This document shows positions 18,360 to 64,000 of a DNA stretch of 64,000 nucleotides, piece by piece (the stretch's first letter is position 1; each line of letters opens with the position of its first letter). Where the stretch lies: assembly GCF_009914755.1 (NCBI RefSeq), contig NC_060928.1; one strand, written 5' to 3'. The notes beneath the pieces were generated by a model. It was not told the origin of the DNA. It did not search any database and worked only from the letters and a program-made list of their open reading frames with translations. This stretch comes from the human T2T-CHM13v2.0 reference genome, Homo sapiens. Both the position numbers and the translations under genes were made by a program.

Positions 18360-18360
<1 letters not shown>

Positions 18361-18394
<34 letters not shown>
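18361..18394. repeat. (TG)17 microsatellite
   Basis: Counted directly. Confidence 0.95.
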
Positions 18395-18400
<6 letters not shown>

Positions 18401-19149
18401 CCCAAGTTTGTCATGCCTTTGTGAGTACTGGGCCCTCTTATGACAGTTAGCATGTTGCACAGGCTCTTGCCCCATTCTCTTCTCCAGGTTGTGAATTTTT
18501 CAAGGTGAGGGCCCTTTGATATGTCTTCAGTGCCTAAATGTGGAAAGCACTTAGTTAACAAGTAGAGATAGTTTTTGGGTATTATTCTGTTTTCCTAATG
18601 ATTTTTATTTCATAAAAATGTGAATTTCTAGATTTTTGGTTAAAATATGTGTTAGAAATAGGAGGCTTCTGTGTTCTTTCCCCTCCAAAATTCGGAGTTG
18701 GTGTAATCTTTGTAGAGCCTTGCTACACAAATCTTTCAGCAGCAAAGCATCTTCTTCTCATTGAATCCTCACAGCAGGAAATTGAATCCCAAAGATGTCA
18801 AGTAACTGATCCAAAGTCACAAGGCTGTATGTGATGAAGTTAGAACTCCTGCAGGGCCTGACCTCTGATTCTGTACCCTGGGAACTTACTTTGTTTTGCC
18901 TCTTGGAAAACTAACATACAGCAGTCTATATGTGCATGGAAGACTGAGCCATTATATTTCTGCCAGTCAGTGTGGCAGTGTACTTCTGCCTGATATTTCT
19001 TCATTCATTGAGTATCAGTTGTGTGCCAATGATGAGCCAAGACCTATGTCCTCGTTCCCATGGGTTTTATAGGCCTGTAATGGGATGAAATGGGGAGGGA
19101 CAGTGAGCAAAGGTCATATCTTTGAAAAATCTGTGAAATACTCCTGCCA

Positions 19150-20290
<1,141 letters not shown>

Positions 20291-20918
20291 CAAGTCATGA
20301 AGGAAAGATCTAGGTGCATATAATAGGGAGGTTATACCTGACAAGGCTTTGGGAAAGACTTCCTGATGGGATAGACACTAGAGCAGGGAGCAGAGAGCAG
20401 AACGGGGATTGGGTGTTGGCTCCATGAGGGTGGGGGTGAGTATCAGATGGAGGGAAGAGCCTGTGCAGAGCTTCTGTGATAGAGCAGGAAGAAGCTGGTG
20501 TGGCTGGAGCAGAGGGTGTCAGGCAAGTTCTTTTAGGTCCTGTTAAGAGCAATGTGAGGTTTTAAGGGTGATGGTGTGACATGAATCTATTTGCTTTGGA
20601 AAGAAGATTCCTCAGATTGCTCTGTAGATTGAGTTGGTGCTGGGGAAGGTTCCGGAAGAGTGTGTACAGAAGCCCAATCTGTGGTCACTCTGTTCAGGTG
20701 AAAACCTTTCCTTTGTCCCTGCTTTGGGTCCCTGATTGGATTGGACAGCCCTGTCTCCTTGAAATGTGGTGTGGCCTGTGATTTGCTCTGGCCATTGGAA
20801 AGTGACACGTAACTTCTGAGTGGAAGCGCTGAGACACGTGCTTTATCGTGTTCCCTTTCTCTTGTTTCTGACTGTGGAAACAAACGGATATGTACTATGG
20901 GCAAGAAAGAAAACTTTG

Positions 20919-21262
<344 letters not shown>

Positions 21263-21285
21263 TTACTGTACCATAACCTAGTCTC

Positions 21286-21463
21286 CAGTGGTTCTCAAAG
21301 TCTGGTCCCCAGACTGGCAGCTTCAGTGGCCTGGATGCTAGTTAGAAATGCACATTTTCATGTCTCAGACCTACTGCATCATGAACTCTGGAGTGGGGCC
21401 CAACAATCTGTGTTCTAATGTGTCCTTCATGTGATTCTGATGCCCTTGAGTTGAGAGCTACTG
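21286..21463. mobile_element. MER5A (hAT-Charlie MITE)
   Basis: Terminal inverted repeats CAGTGGTTCTCAAA ... TTGAGAGCTACTG; internal GTTAGAAATGCA and GTGATTCTGATGC. Confidence 0.85.
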
Positions 21464-21885
21464 TCTGAATTTCCTGACTGATAAGTCAGGAGGCTGTTGG
21501 CGTCAGTCTTGGTGAAAGAGCTTGGTGGTTGGCCATTCTTGGGATTGTGGGTGTGGAGAAAAGTGGACAGGCCTAGCTAGGAAGGCCTCTGGAGTAAAAT
21601 TGATAAGTTGTGTTGTTTGGGATAAGGAGAGATGAGGGGAAGTTCTGGTGCCAGTGATAGCCCTAAGTTTTTGTCTGACAGAACCAGATGGCTAGAGGTG
21701 CCATTTACTGTCCAGATAGCATTCTTTCTGTGTGCATTTACATTACCTTCCATTTCAGGTTCAGAAACAAGAGAAAGCCCATTAAGAAATAAAAATTTGT
21801 GGACTTCCTTAGCTCAAGTAACAGTTTCTCAATGAACCCCACCTTGATACCCCTCCCCCCATTTAAAAGTGTACCCCCTCTGCAG

Positions 21886-26183
<4,298 letters not shown>

Positions 26184-26626
26184 ATTTTTGTTGGCTGTTT
26201 TTAATCTACCACACTTTTATAGCAAGGTTTGGTTTAAATGAATATAAATTGTTACATTGTTCAGCTAAATCATACACTGTGATGGATAATATTTACTTGT
26301 ATGACTTTGTTTTCCTGGTGGTAAGTTTTTCTGTTGGCTTTATTTTCCATGTATCTGTTACTAATTCAGCCTAAAGTTTTTCAAATGAACTGTATAAAAA
26401 GCCTTTGGGATGGTCAGTTACACTAGATCTGTCAGTTCCTTTTTTTCTTTTTTTTTTCTTCTGTGATGACCTTTCTCCCAGAGCTGTCTTCCTGCTCCAG
26501 ATTGGACTCCTCCCTATTCTGCTGCACAGCTGTTCACATCATCTTCTGCGATGGACCATCTGTTTTTTGCATCTCATGTCTTCCTTAGTTTACCTTCATG
26601 TTTGGTGATACGTGGTCTGATAGTTA

Positions 26627-29729
<3,103 letters not shown>

Positions 29730-30107
29730 TACGTGGAATTGTTTTATATGAGAACAGAGGTTCTACCATCATTCAGTGATAGCAGGGCTGAAATATATTT
29801 CAGGCAGACTAGTGTGATATATTAGAAAATGAGGGTATTTTAGGTATGTGTAAATCATATTTGCAAACTTGGGTTTTCCATTTCAGTCTTTTCCGCCCCC
29901 GGAGGAATGGGTTGGAGCTTGGTCCGTCTCACGGCCTGGCTCTGGGGAATGTCCTGAATATCTCACTGCTGTCCTAGGGTTGAGACCTCCTTCTGCTCAG
30001 TTGGATTCACGGAATTATCAGAGTGGGCTTTAGCTGACATCTAAGCCAGTGGGCAAGGTTGGAGCAGTGAGGCCTACTGTGTCTGAAGTGTTAAAGCTCC
30101 CCAGAGA

Positions 30108-33251
<3,144 letters not shown>

Positions 33252-33324
33252 TCATCCTCCCAAGCCTCTCCAACTAGAACTGCATTGGAATGTAAGCTCC
33301 TTGAAGGTAGAGGATTTTTGGGGG

Positions 33325-33820
33325 TATACGTAACATAAAATTTACCATTTTAACTATTTTAAAGCATTTAGTTCTATGGTCTTAAGTGCATTCACATTGT
33401 TATACAACCATGACACTGTCTCCAGAACTTTTTCATCTTCTCAAACTGAAACTCTGTCCCATAATTCCCCATCCTCCTTTTTCTTCCCCCAGTTTCTGGC
33501 ACTCACCATTCTACTTCCTGTCTCTATGTATTCTATTCTGGGGACCTCATGTACGTGGAATTTTACAGTATTTGTCTTTTTTGTGTCTGCCTTATTTCAC
33601 TTAGCATAGTTTCTTCAAGATTCGTCCATATTGAAGCAGATATCAGCATTTCCTTCCTTTTAAAGCTGAATACTACTCCACTGTGCAGATAGTCTACATT
33701 TTGGTTATCTATTCATCTGTTGATGGGTTACGTCTACCTTTTGGCTACTGTAATAGTGCTCCTGTGAACATGGTTGTACAAATATCTTCTGGTTCCTGCT
33801 TTTAATTCTTTTGGGTAGAC
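33325..33820 (-). mobile_element. L1MB-like 3' end
   Basis: TAACATAAAATTTACCATTTTAAC..GCATTCACATTGTT..CTCCAGAACTTTTTCATC..CTTATTTCACTTAGCATA. Confidence 0.8.
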
Positions 33821-34929
33821 AGACTGTTTTTCACCCTGTTTTGTTCAATGTTATAATCCCAACACCTAAAATCAGTGTCTTGCTCATAGTAGGCACTTTA
33901 TATTTGAAAGAATGAAACATTCATGAATGTTATGTCTTAATTTATCTTACATGGTTTTCATCTCTTTATCAGCCCTTTTCCTTGCTGATTCTCTCAGATT
34001 TATCTTCTAATCTATTATATTTTTAGCTGTGCCTGGTCTGCTATATTCAACTCAACTGAGTTTTTAATTTCAATACCAATACTTTTTTTTTTCCAAGTCT
34101 GCAAATCATGAAAACAGTAATTTCCTGTTCTCCTGTAGAAGACCTTCCATACTGTCCCATGCCTGGCTCCTGGAGGATCTCTCACTGCTGGTGGGAGGCT
34201 GTGTTTACCTCAGGGGCATCTCTCAGTGGCTCTCCCGGGGAGAGGGGGGCTCCCCATGAGCAGTTCTCAGGTTTCCCTGCAGGTCCTACCAGTGTCACTC
34301 ATTCTAGACCTGTTTTGACATTTTTTGGTCTCCGGATTTAGCCTTCTTAGGCGGAGGCTTGGGGTTCACATTTCTCAAGGGTGGCTCTGTCACCCCAGTG
34401 GCCTCTGGTGGGTGTTTGCTGAGGGCCCAGCCCTGGGCTGGCTGGTAGAGGGGCTCAGGTGATGATGACAGCACTGTGACCACAGACACTCACCTGGTGA
34501 TGAGGAAGTCCTCTGCCTGGTGGTGGCTTCTTTTCCTCCTTACTGTTTGAAAGTACCTGCAAGGTGGGTCCTCTGTCCTCAGGACATGGAGTGAGGATGA
34601 GTGGTAGAGGCTCTTGGCCGGGGTCCCACAGTGTAGTAAGTGGCAGAGCTGGGATTCTAGTCCAGACAGCAGCTCCACACTTGGTGCTCCTAATCACGGC
34701 AGCCAGCTGCTCGCCATGACTCCTCTCCTTCGGGCTCTGTGCAGGCAGCCCAGTCAGGCCCAAGCCCCTGTCCTGCACCTCCCTTCTGTATTCCGGCTGC
34801 CAAGCCCCAGCACCTAAACCCTGGGGTCCTGCCATGGGCAGCCTGCAGCCTATGAGGCTCCAGACTGCTGTTCCCTTTTCATTTCTAGACCTGGAGATTC
34901 TCTCTATTGCTTTGCATTAGGCAGTGTAG

Positions 34930-37220
<2,291 letters not shown>

Positions 37221-37817
37221 CACACTTTTTTTTTTTTTTTTGTCCAGCAGCTGGAATCTCTTTTCAGTTATTTCATAAACTAGGCTGCTTGGAATCAGCC
37301 TGGAATTTGGGCAGAGTTTATAGGCAGAATTTGGGACTCCCCTCTGAGACTCTCTCCTTGAGATTTCCCCCCTCATTTTATAGTTGTTACAGTTGCTTCA
37401 AACTCTCCTCAGTCACACATTTCAAAATGGAGTTCACCCAGTGCTGTTCCCTTTCTTTCAACAGTTGGTTCCGTCCATTTTCTCTCTGCTTTTGGTTGCT
37501 CTCAGTTCCTTCAGGAGGTGGTTTTTTATGTTTTGTCCAGGGTTATAGTTTTTACCTTGGGACAGTTGGTATGATATGAGCTGGAAGAGGAACTGACTTT
37601 GATCTACCTTTTTAAGAAATTGTGCGGGTCAGACAGAACACATTTGTATGTGTTTTGGTGTTAAAGAGTTGTCCAGAGCACATGAAGCTGAACTGGGACT
37701 TCAACATTTTTTCAAGGTTTTACATTTGCTCTTTTTTTCCTGTCTCCTTCCTCAGCTGTCTGCTTTTCTGTGGAGACTGCGGGTTGCAGACACCAGCAGC
37801 CCCCTATTGCTGCACGT

Positions 37818-38026
37818 CAGGTGTCCTCCACCTCAGTACTGTGGACATCTCGGGCCGCATAGCCCTGTTGCGCGGGCATCCTGTGCGTTGCAGGAGATGC
37901 AGCAGCATCCATGACCGCAACCCATCAGAGGTCAGGGTCCGCCCCCTAGTGGTGGTAATAAAAAATGCTTCCAGATGAGGTTAAGTGTCCCTGGGGAACA
38001 AAATCCTCCCCATTTGAGAACCGCTG
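37818..38026. mobile_element. MER20 (hAT-Charlie) DNA transposon
   Basis: CTCCACCTCAGTACTGTGGACATC..TCCTGTGCGTTGCAGGA..CAGCAGCATCC..AAAAATGCTTCCAGA..AAGTGTCCCTGGGG..TTGAGAACCGCTG. Confidence 0.82.
37936..37955 (-). promoter_or_regulatory. Predicted CTCF site
   Basis: The - strand reads CCACCACTAGGGGGCGGACC; core CCACTAGGGGGCGG fits the CTCF consensus CCASYAGRKGGCRS. Confidence 0.7.
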
Positions 38027-39160
38027 TTCTAGTCCACGGGCATCTCTGGTCCTTACTGTACTCAGATTTTCCCTAGTGTCTGATGCTATTGATTTCTGGC
38101 TTCTCAGAGGGCTGTTGTTGGAGCTTGTGATGGTGTACTCCTGAGAGATGCCTTCCCAGCTGGGGCGGGTGCCTACCTGTTTCTTATTCCTAGCTGTGTT
38201 TTGGGGCTCTGGCCCCTTCACTAGATGTCTCAGATTAGGGACTGTAGCTTTGCAGGGAAGACCCCACACCAGCATGCTGCAGCGAGTTACCTTCCTAAAC
38301 TGCCCCTTCTGCACGTGGGCCTCACTGGCCAGTGTGGTGCACTGGCAAAGTAACCTGTGTTGTGGCTCAGCAGTGTTGTTCTCAAGTAGTTAATCTTCAG
38401 GTAGTAGCTAAAAAATGTGACCTTACTGCTGTGTTCTTTCTTGTTTAATTTAGGCCTGAACACGGAGGGGATTAGTGGACTGAGATAAGAATACTGGGTT
38501 GAGCATAGCCAGACCTGACTGGGATTGCTTTCACCCTTGGAGACTCTTGGCTTTTTGCTTCTTATTTTCATCAACCTGGAGCTAATCCTGTGCTTGGAGT
38601 TGGAATATCTGGTTTTAGACTTTGCTGACCAGGTCATCTTGGGCACATTCTGAGCCTCTGCCTGATACCTCAGCTGTAACAGGAGGGATTGGGATGAGCT
38701 CTTTTCCTGTTAGTGTCGATTTTGCTTTTATGCTATTCCCTGTTGTCCTTTTGCATAGGCCTGGCATTATGCCAGCTGCCTCACACATATTAGCTCTTTT
38801 AAGTATATGTTGGTGGACAGGTGGAAATCTGTGTTTCAGGGATGATTGGCAAGTTAAGTTATGTGTCCATGGCCACACTGTAGATTATTAGTGGTATGAC
38901 TGGAGTGTGCTGTCTTGACTGACTTTCATGTTCTTCCTTTAAAAAATGATTCCTTTTTCTTTCAGCTTTATCATTTTGTGATTCCGTGTAATTTTTGTGA
39001 TACTAAAACTGCCTTCTGTGACCTGAATTATTATAAAAACATCATAAATTGCTTACAAAGAAAATCAGACCCCACAAAGCTGTAGAGGTCCTGGCATACC
39101 TATCCTAGGTTTTAAATGTAATTGCTTTTTCTTTCTTTTTTCTTTTTTTTAATACCATAG

Positions 39161-39993
<833 letters not shown>

Positions 39994-40754
39994 TGAGCCA
40001 GTTGAGAGGTCTAGAGAGGTGAGCTAAGTGTTCAAGATTCAAATGGCTAAAAAGAGGCAAAGCTTGTTTCTTAACGTGGTTCTGCCAGTTTCAGAGCCCT
40101 TGCTTGACAACGTCAGGCTACACTCTTTTCATGGATCTCATCTCCAAGGTGTTCTTTAGCCTGATGTGGTCAGTGGAGACAGGCTGGGCTCTAGAGTGTG
40201 ACTTCTTAAGTCTGCACCATCTGATGAGTGGGAAGCAGAGCTGTGCAGAGGTGCTCCCGCTGTCCTTACCCTGTGGTCCAGTGTCCACTTACTGTCTCCT
40301 CAGCCAGGTGGTCCAGCAGATGGCCTGCCTCCCTGAGGCCTAGGGATGTGTCTTTTGCCTCCTGTTCTTGGTTCCCAGTGCAGAGCCCAGCACACTGAAC
40401 ACAAGCGAATGAGTGTTTCCTTATCCTAACTTGCGATGGAAAGGTGTGGTGGTGCTGCTCCATTCTGCCTGGTGATGGTGTCTCCACGCCTTCACGTGGC
40501 ACTCGGGATGGCCCTGACACTCGGATGAGTATAAGCCATAGGAAACAACCAAGGGGCCATGGCTTTGGCAGAAGGAAGGAACTCTTGATGGGGCAGCAGT
40601 CTCTGTTCATCTGGTGGTCTATAGGGTGTTGCTTTTTAGTTGTAACTCCTTGAAATTGTTAAAATAATGAAGAGCTTTGAGGGTTAAAAAAACGTTTTTT
40701 GATTACTCAGGAGCTGTTTAGTTCTCGCTCATGTAATGGCAGTGGTGAAGTTTT

Positions 40755-42568
<1,814 letters not shown>

Positions 42569-42723
42569 TGAGAGACAAAATTTTGATGAAACGATGTTGA
42601 GGCTATCATCTAAAACACAGCAAGGGAGCACACTCCATTTTTGGGGGTCTGTGTGTATTTGGACATTGTAGCCTGGTGAATCCTTGGTCTTCTGGATACA
42701 CAGGTAGTGATTGGATGTGTTAG

Positions 42724-42996
<273 letters not shown>

Positions 42997-43319
42997 TAAA
43001 TAGCCCTGCTATGGTTCATTTTTGCAGCTTTACCTAAAGTTAGTGATTGATTCAAGTGTGATGTGTTGCCATTTCTTTTTATATTCAACTCAAATATGTA
43101 CTTCATCTGATTGAATTAGTGTTAAGGGACACATGACCTTTGCCTTGTATAACTTCTGTTTTTATGATAGTTTATTATTTAGTTACGATGATTGCTTGTT
43201 TCAGGATGATTTGCAGCAAGAGTGTTTTATGCTAAGTTTAAGTTGTAAAAATGTCCAAGTGAATTTTATTAGGCCTATGGGAAGAATGGAAAACACTGGA
43301 AGTGATCATCTTTGTCTTA

Positions 43320-50218
<6,899 letters not shown>

Positions 50219-50625
50219 TTATTGGTAAAATAAAAACAGTGAGATATTCACCTCTCAACTTGGACCAAAGGATAGTTCCTATGGATTAAAGAAACCCATA
50301 AAAATAGTAGAAAATTCGGTTATGTTATCCGGTTTCTAGATGGGAAAGAACTTCAGAATGTTACACTCATTTATTTTACAAACTTGGGATCAGATTACAA
50401 TAATCTCTTCTGCTTTTTTTCCCACCTGACATGTAAGGAGCATTTATCTGTGTCATTATTTATAAACATGGTTTAATTTTATATTGTGTGTGCTGTTACA
50501 GGTTTTCTTTATTATAAAAATGCTATAACATACCTGTATTCATTTTCATTACTAAGAAAAGTTCTTACAAAGTTTTAAAGTAATGGAAGAAGTCACAAAT
50601 CCCTTGACATATCCTTGAATCTTAG

Positions 50626-50687
50626 GTATTTTCAAATCAAAGAAGTTTGAACACTTAAAAACAAGTCAAATTGTACTGAAAGATTAA
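50626..50687 (+). CDS. NSD2: Alternative stop-containing exon (exon 4a; MMSET III-type 273-aa isoform), coding part; exon probably extends to 50729
   Basis: Acceptor CTTAG|GT; the phase-1 join reads GIFKSKKFEHLKTSQIVLKD* (253+20 = 273 aa, the length I recall for MMSET III); donor GAG|GTAATT at 50729/50730. Confidence 0.8.
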
Positions 50688-51434
50688 TAGTGAAAAATCA
50701 TCCCCTGCCTTCCTCTCTCCTCCCCAGAGGTAATTATTTTTATCTCTTTCATCATTTTCTTCTACTTCTAATACTTTGATTTCTCATGTAGACATTTTCT
50801 GTTAACTTTCTATCATGGAAAATGAAGATTGAACTCTTCAGCCATTTTCTATTTCTTTCCCCCCATTCTCCCCATATAATTAAGTCACTATTTGTAATAA
50901 ATGAAAAATAAGTGTTTACATAATTTTGACTATGTAAATATCATTCAGTGAAAAACCAAGTTATGTTCTGTAATTGCATTTTCTTGTAAAACCTTTTGTT
51001 TCCCTTGGAATTAATTACTGCCTTTCTTTTGAAATCATACACTATGTTGTCCATACAGCCTTAATTTTTTTCAAGTATTCATCTCCTCATCCTTAAAACT
51101 CATCCTTATTATGAAGTTAGTTTCTCCTATTTATATATTTATATAGTTATTTTTTCTCCTTAAAAAAAAATGAAAACCTGGGTTTGAGTCCCATCTTCCC
51201 TTTCTGCTTCTTGGAACTCATCTTTTAACCCTCCTTCCTTACTACTTAGATTTTCTTTCTTTGTAAAAAAGTTGTTTTCTCTCATCTTTTCTTCCCTTGG
51301 AGCTCTCTCCTAGAATCTTCCTTTTTCCTGCTTGATTCTGGTTTGCTAGCACTCTTAACCTTTTGCACTGCAGTAAGCTTAGACTTTCTTTAAGCTGCTT
51401 TCCCTAGTTATTTACATTGTTTTCTGTAGTTCTA

Positions 51435-52445
51435 TGTGGGCAGCAAGCCACCCAGGTGCCAAGGCAAGAGACTGAAGGCACAGGCTGTTCCAGTATAATA
51501 AAGAAAATACTTAAAATAAGAATAGTTATATTAGACATAGAATATAGACATGATTATATATGAATATTATTAATCATTAGTTTGTAGCATTACTCTTTAT
51601 TCAAATATTATAACAATCTCTGTTCTACAATTATAACCTAGGAAAAACCAGGTCATACAGAGATAGGAGCTGAAGGGACACGGTGAGAAGTGACCAGAAG
51701 ACGAGTGTGAGCCCTCTGTCACGCCCAGACAGGGCCACTAGAGGGCTCCTTGGACTAGCGGTAACGCCAGTGCCTGGGAAGGCACCTGTTACTTAGCCGA
51801 CCTTGGTCTAGCGGTAGCGCCAGTGCCTGAGAAGGCACCCGTTACTTTGCAAACCAGGAAAGGGAGTCTCCCTTTCCGTGGGGGAGTTAGAGAAGACTCT
51901 GCTCCACCACCTCTTGTGGAAGGCCTGACATCAGTCAAGCCCACCCGCAGCCATCCAGAGGCCTAACCGTCTCCCTGTGATGCTGTGCTTCAGCGGTCAC
52001 GCTCCTGGTCCACTTTCATGTTCCGCCCTGTACATCTGGCTCCGCCTTCTAGATAGCAATAGCAGAATTGGTGAGAATATTAAAGTCTTTGATCTCTCTG
52101 AGAAATGCATAGAAGAAATAATGTAAGCTGTCCCCTCTCTCTCTCTGCCTCGGCTACCAAACAGGGAAGGGCCCCCTGTCTGGTGGACACATGACTCGCT
52201 TGACCTTACCTATCATTGGAGATGACTCACACTCCTTACCCTGCCCCCTTGCCTTGTATACAATAAATAACAGCGCAGCCAGACATTCAGGGCCACTACC
52301 AGTCTCCGCATCTTGGTGGTAGTGGTGTCCCCTGTGCCCAGCTGTCTTTTCTTCAATCTCTTTGTCTTGTGTCTTTATTTCTACCATCTCTCGTCTCCAC
52401 ACACGAGGAGAAAAACCCACAGGCCCTGTAGGGCTGATCCCTACA
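51435..52445 (+). mobile_element. Solo ERVK-class LTR (LTR13-like), about 1.01 kb, intact ends
   Basis: Starts TGTGGG and ends CCCTACA; perfect 6-bp target-site duplication GTTCTA (51429-51434 and 52446-52451); AATAAA at 52262-52267; HERV-K-like U5. Confidence 0.92.
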
Positions 52446-52564
52446 GTTCTATGCTGTGTTCTTTCTTGGTTAAGTTTTCTTTTTTCCTGGAGGCTATTTT
52501 TGGTATCTTAAGACAGTTTGTATGGGAAGTAAATTTGAGTCCTTGCAGTTCAGAGTATGCTACT

Positions 52565-56600
<4,036 letters not shown>

Positions 56601-56631
56601 AAAGTAGTTAACTTTTATGTTTGTGTAGTGA

Positions 56632-57189
<558 letters not shown>

Positions 57190-57272
57190 GGAACATCCCT
57201 TCAGTGCAGAATCATCTGTTTCTCAGCATTATCAGGAGACTCTAACATGAGCCTTGCATAGATTTTAGATCT

Positions 57273-57278
57273 AATAAA
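57273..57278 (+). terminator. Candidate intronic polyadenylation signal
   Basis: AATAAA 83 nt after the read-through stop codon. Confidence 0.5.
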
Positions 57279-57386
57279 TAAGTATTAGGGAACAGCCATT
57301 CTGACCCTTGAGGGAAAAGATACTCGACTTGCACTCTGGGGTCTTAAAATATCCTTCCTAATGTGGATAAGAAGATACCGAGAACA

Positions 57387-63465
<6,079 letters not shown>

Positions 63466-63895
63466 TTGAGCTCTGTGTTAATGTCCAACACTCTGCCCTG
63501 CCCACCCCTGGTTCCTGATGTAAGGCCCATGGGGCCTCCCTTCCCTCCCCTGGACTCTGGCTGGGTGGTTTTGAAGAATTTTCTGTTATCGGAAAAGCAA
63601 TGACTATTAGGATGCTCTTTAACTGTTCTGTAATAAGCAATTCTAAACTTGAGGAAGCTCCTCCCTGCTTCCATCTGTAACCTAGGTCTTTCTACATTGT
63701 TTTTTATTTTTCGGGAGTGCTGGTGCACACAAGGATGGTTTTTGTTGGCTTGTCAGTTAACCAATGGCCAACCCTTGAGGGATAGAGTCAGGTGGAACTT
63801 CCTTGCTGCTTTCTGTGCCTTCCTTTTCTAGGGTCCCTAGATGTAAGGCTGACTTCAGGACTTTTTGTTGCTACTTGCTGACTCTTTAGAGGTCA

Positions 63896-64000
63896 TTTTC
63901 TTTTTCTTTCTTTTTTTTTTTTTTTTTTTTTTTTTTGAGATGGAGTTTTGCTTTGTCACCCAGGCTGGAGTGCGAAGGCGCCACCTCGGCCCACTGCAAC
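63896..64000 (-). mobile_element. Alu, cut by the window edge
   Basis: Poly-T followed by GAGATGGAGTTTTGC..CCCAGGCTGGAGTGC. Confidence 0.9.

Noticed and set aside
42580-42700. TTGATGA box C-like motif upstream of an acceptor (possible C/D snoRNA)
   Set aside because: No matching CTGA box D with a terminal stem; the scaRNA I know in NSD2 lies further 3', outside this window

Overview
Primate genomic DNA, almost certainly human chr4p16.3, covering the 5' half of NSD2 (WHSC1/MMSET, H3K36 dimethyltransferase) on the + strand. It contains a CpG-island promoter (~8.6-10.9 kb), a non-coding first exon ending at 10017, and a 29-kb Alu-rich first intron. Four coding exons (39190-39786, 42751-42913, 55392-55558, 56662-57144) splice in frame to give aa 1-470: ET-binding motif, PWWP1 and the start of the HMG box. 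The gene continues past the window. Also present: a stop-containing cassette exon giving a 273-aa product, an intronic read-through/polyadenylation end giving 484 aa, a 7SL retropseudogene, an intact solo ERVK-class LTR, a fossil L1 ORF2 split by Alus, and many Alu/L1/L2/MIR/MaLR/hAT relics. Nearly all ORF-track entries other than the NSD2 exons are Alu or GC-content artefacts. I see no new multi-gene system. The best leads are regulatory: a splice-assembled in-frame uORF that may select between Met1 and Met21, several routes to truncated NSD2, a near-consensus CTCF site in a MER20, a 24-bp hairpin in intron 1, and a (GT)14(GA)47 tract. Repeat boundaries and subfamily names were assigned by eye and are approximate.
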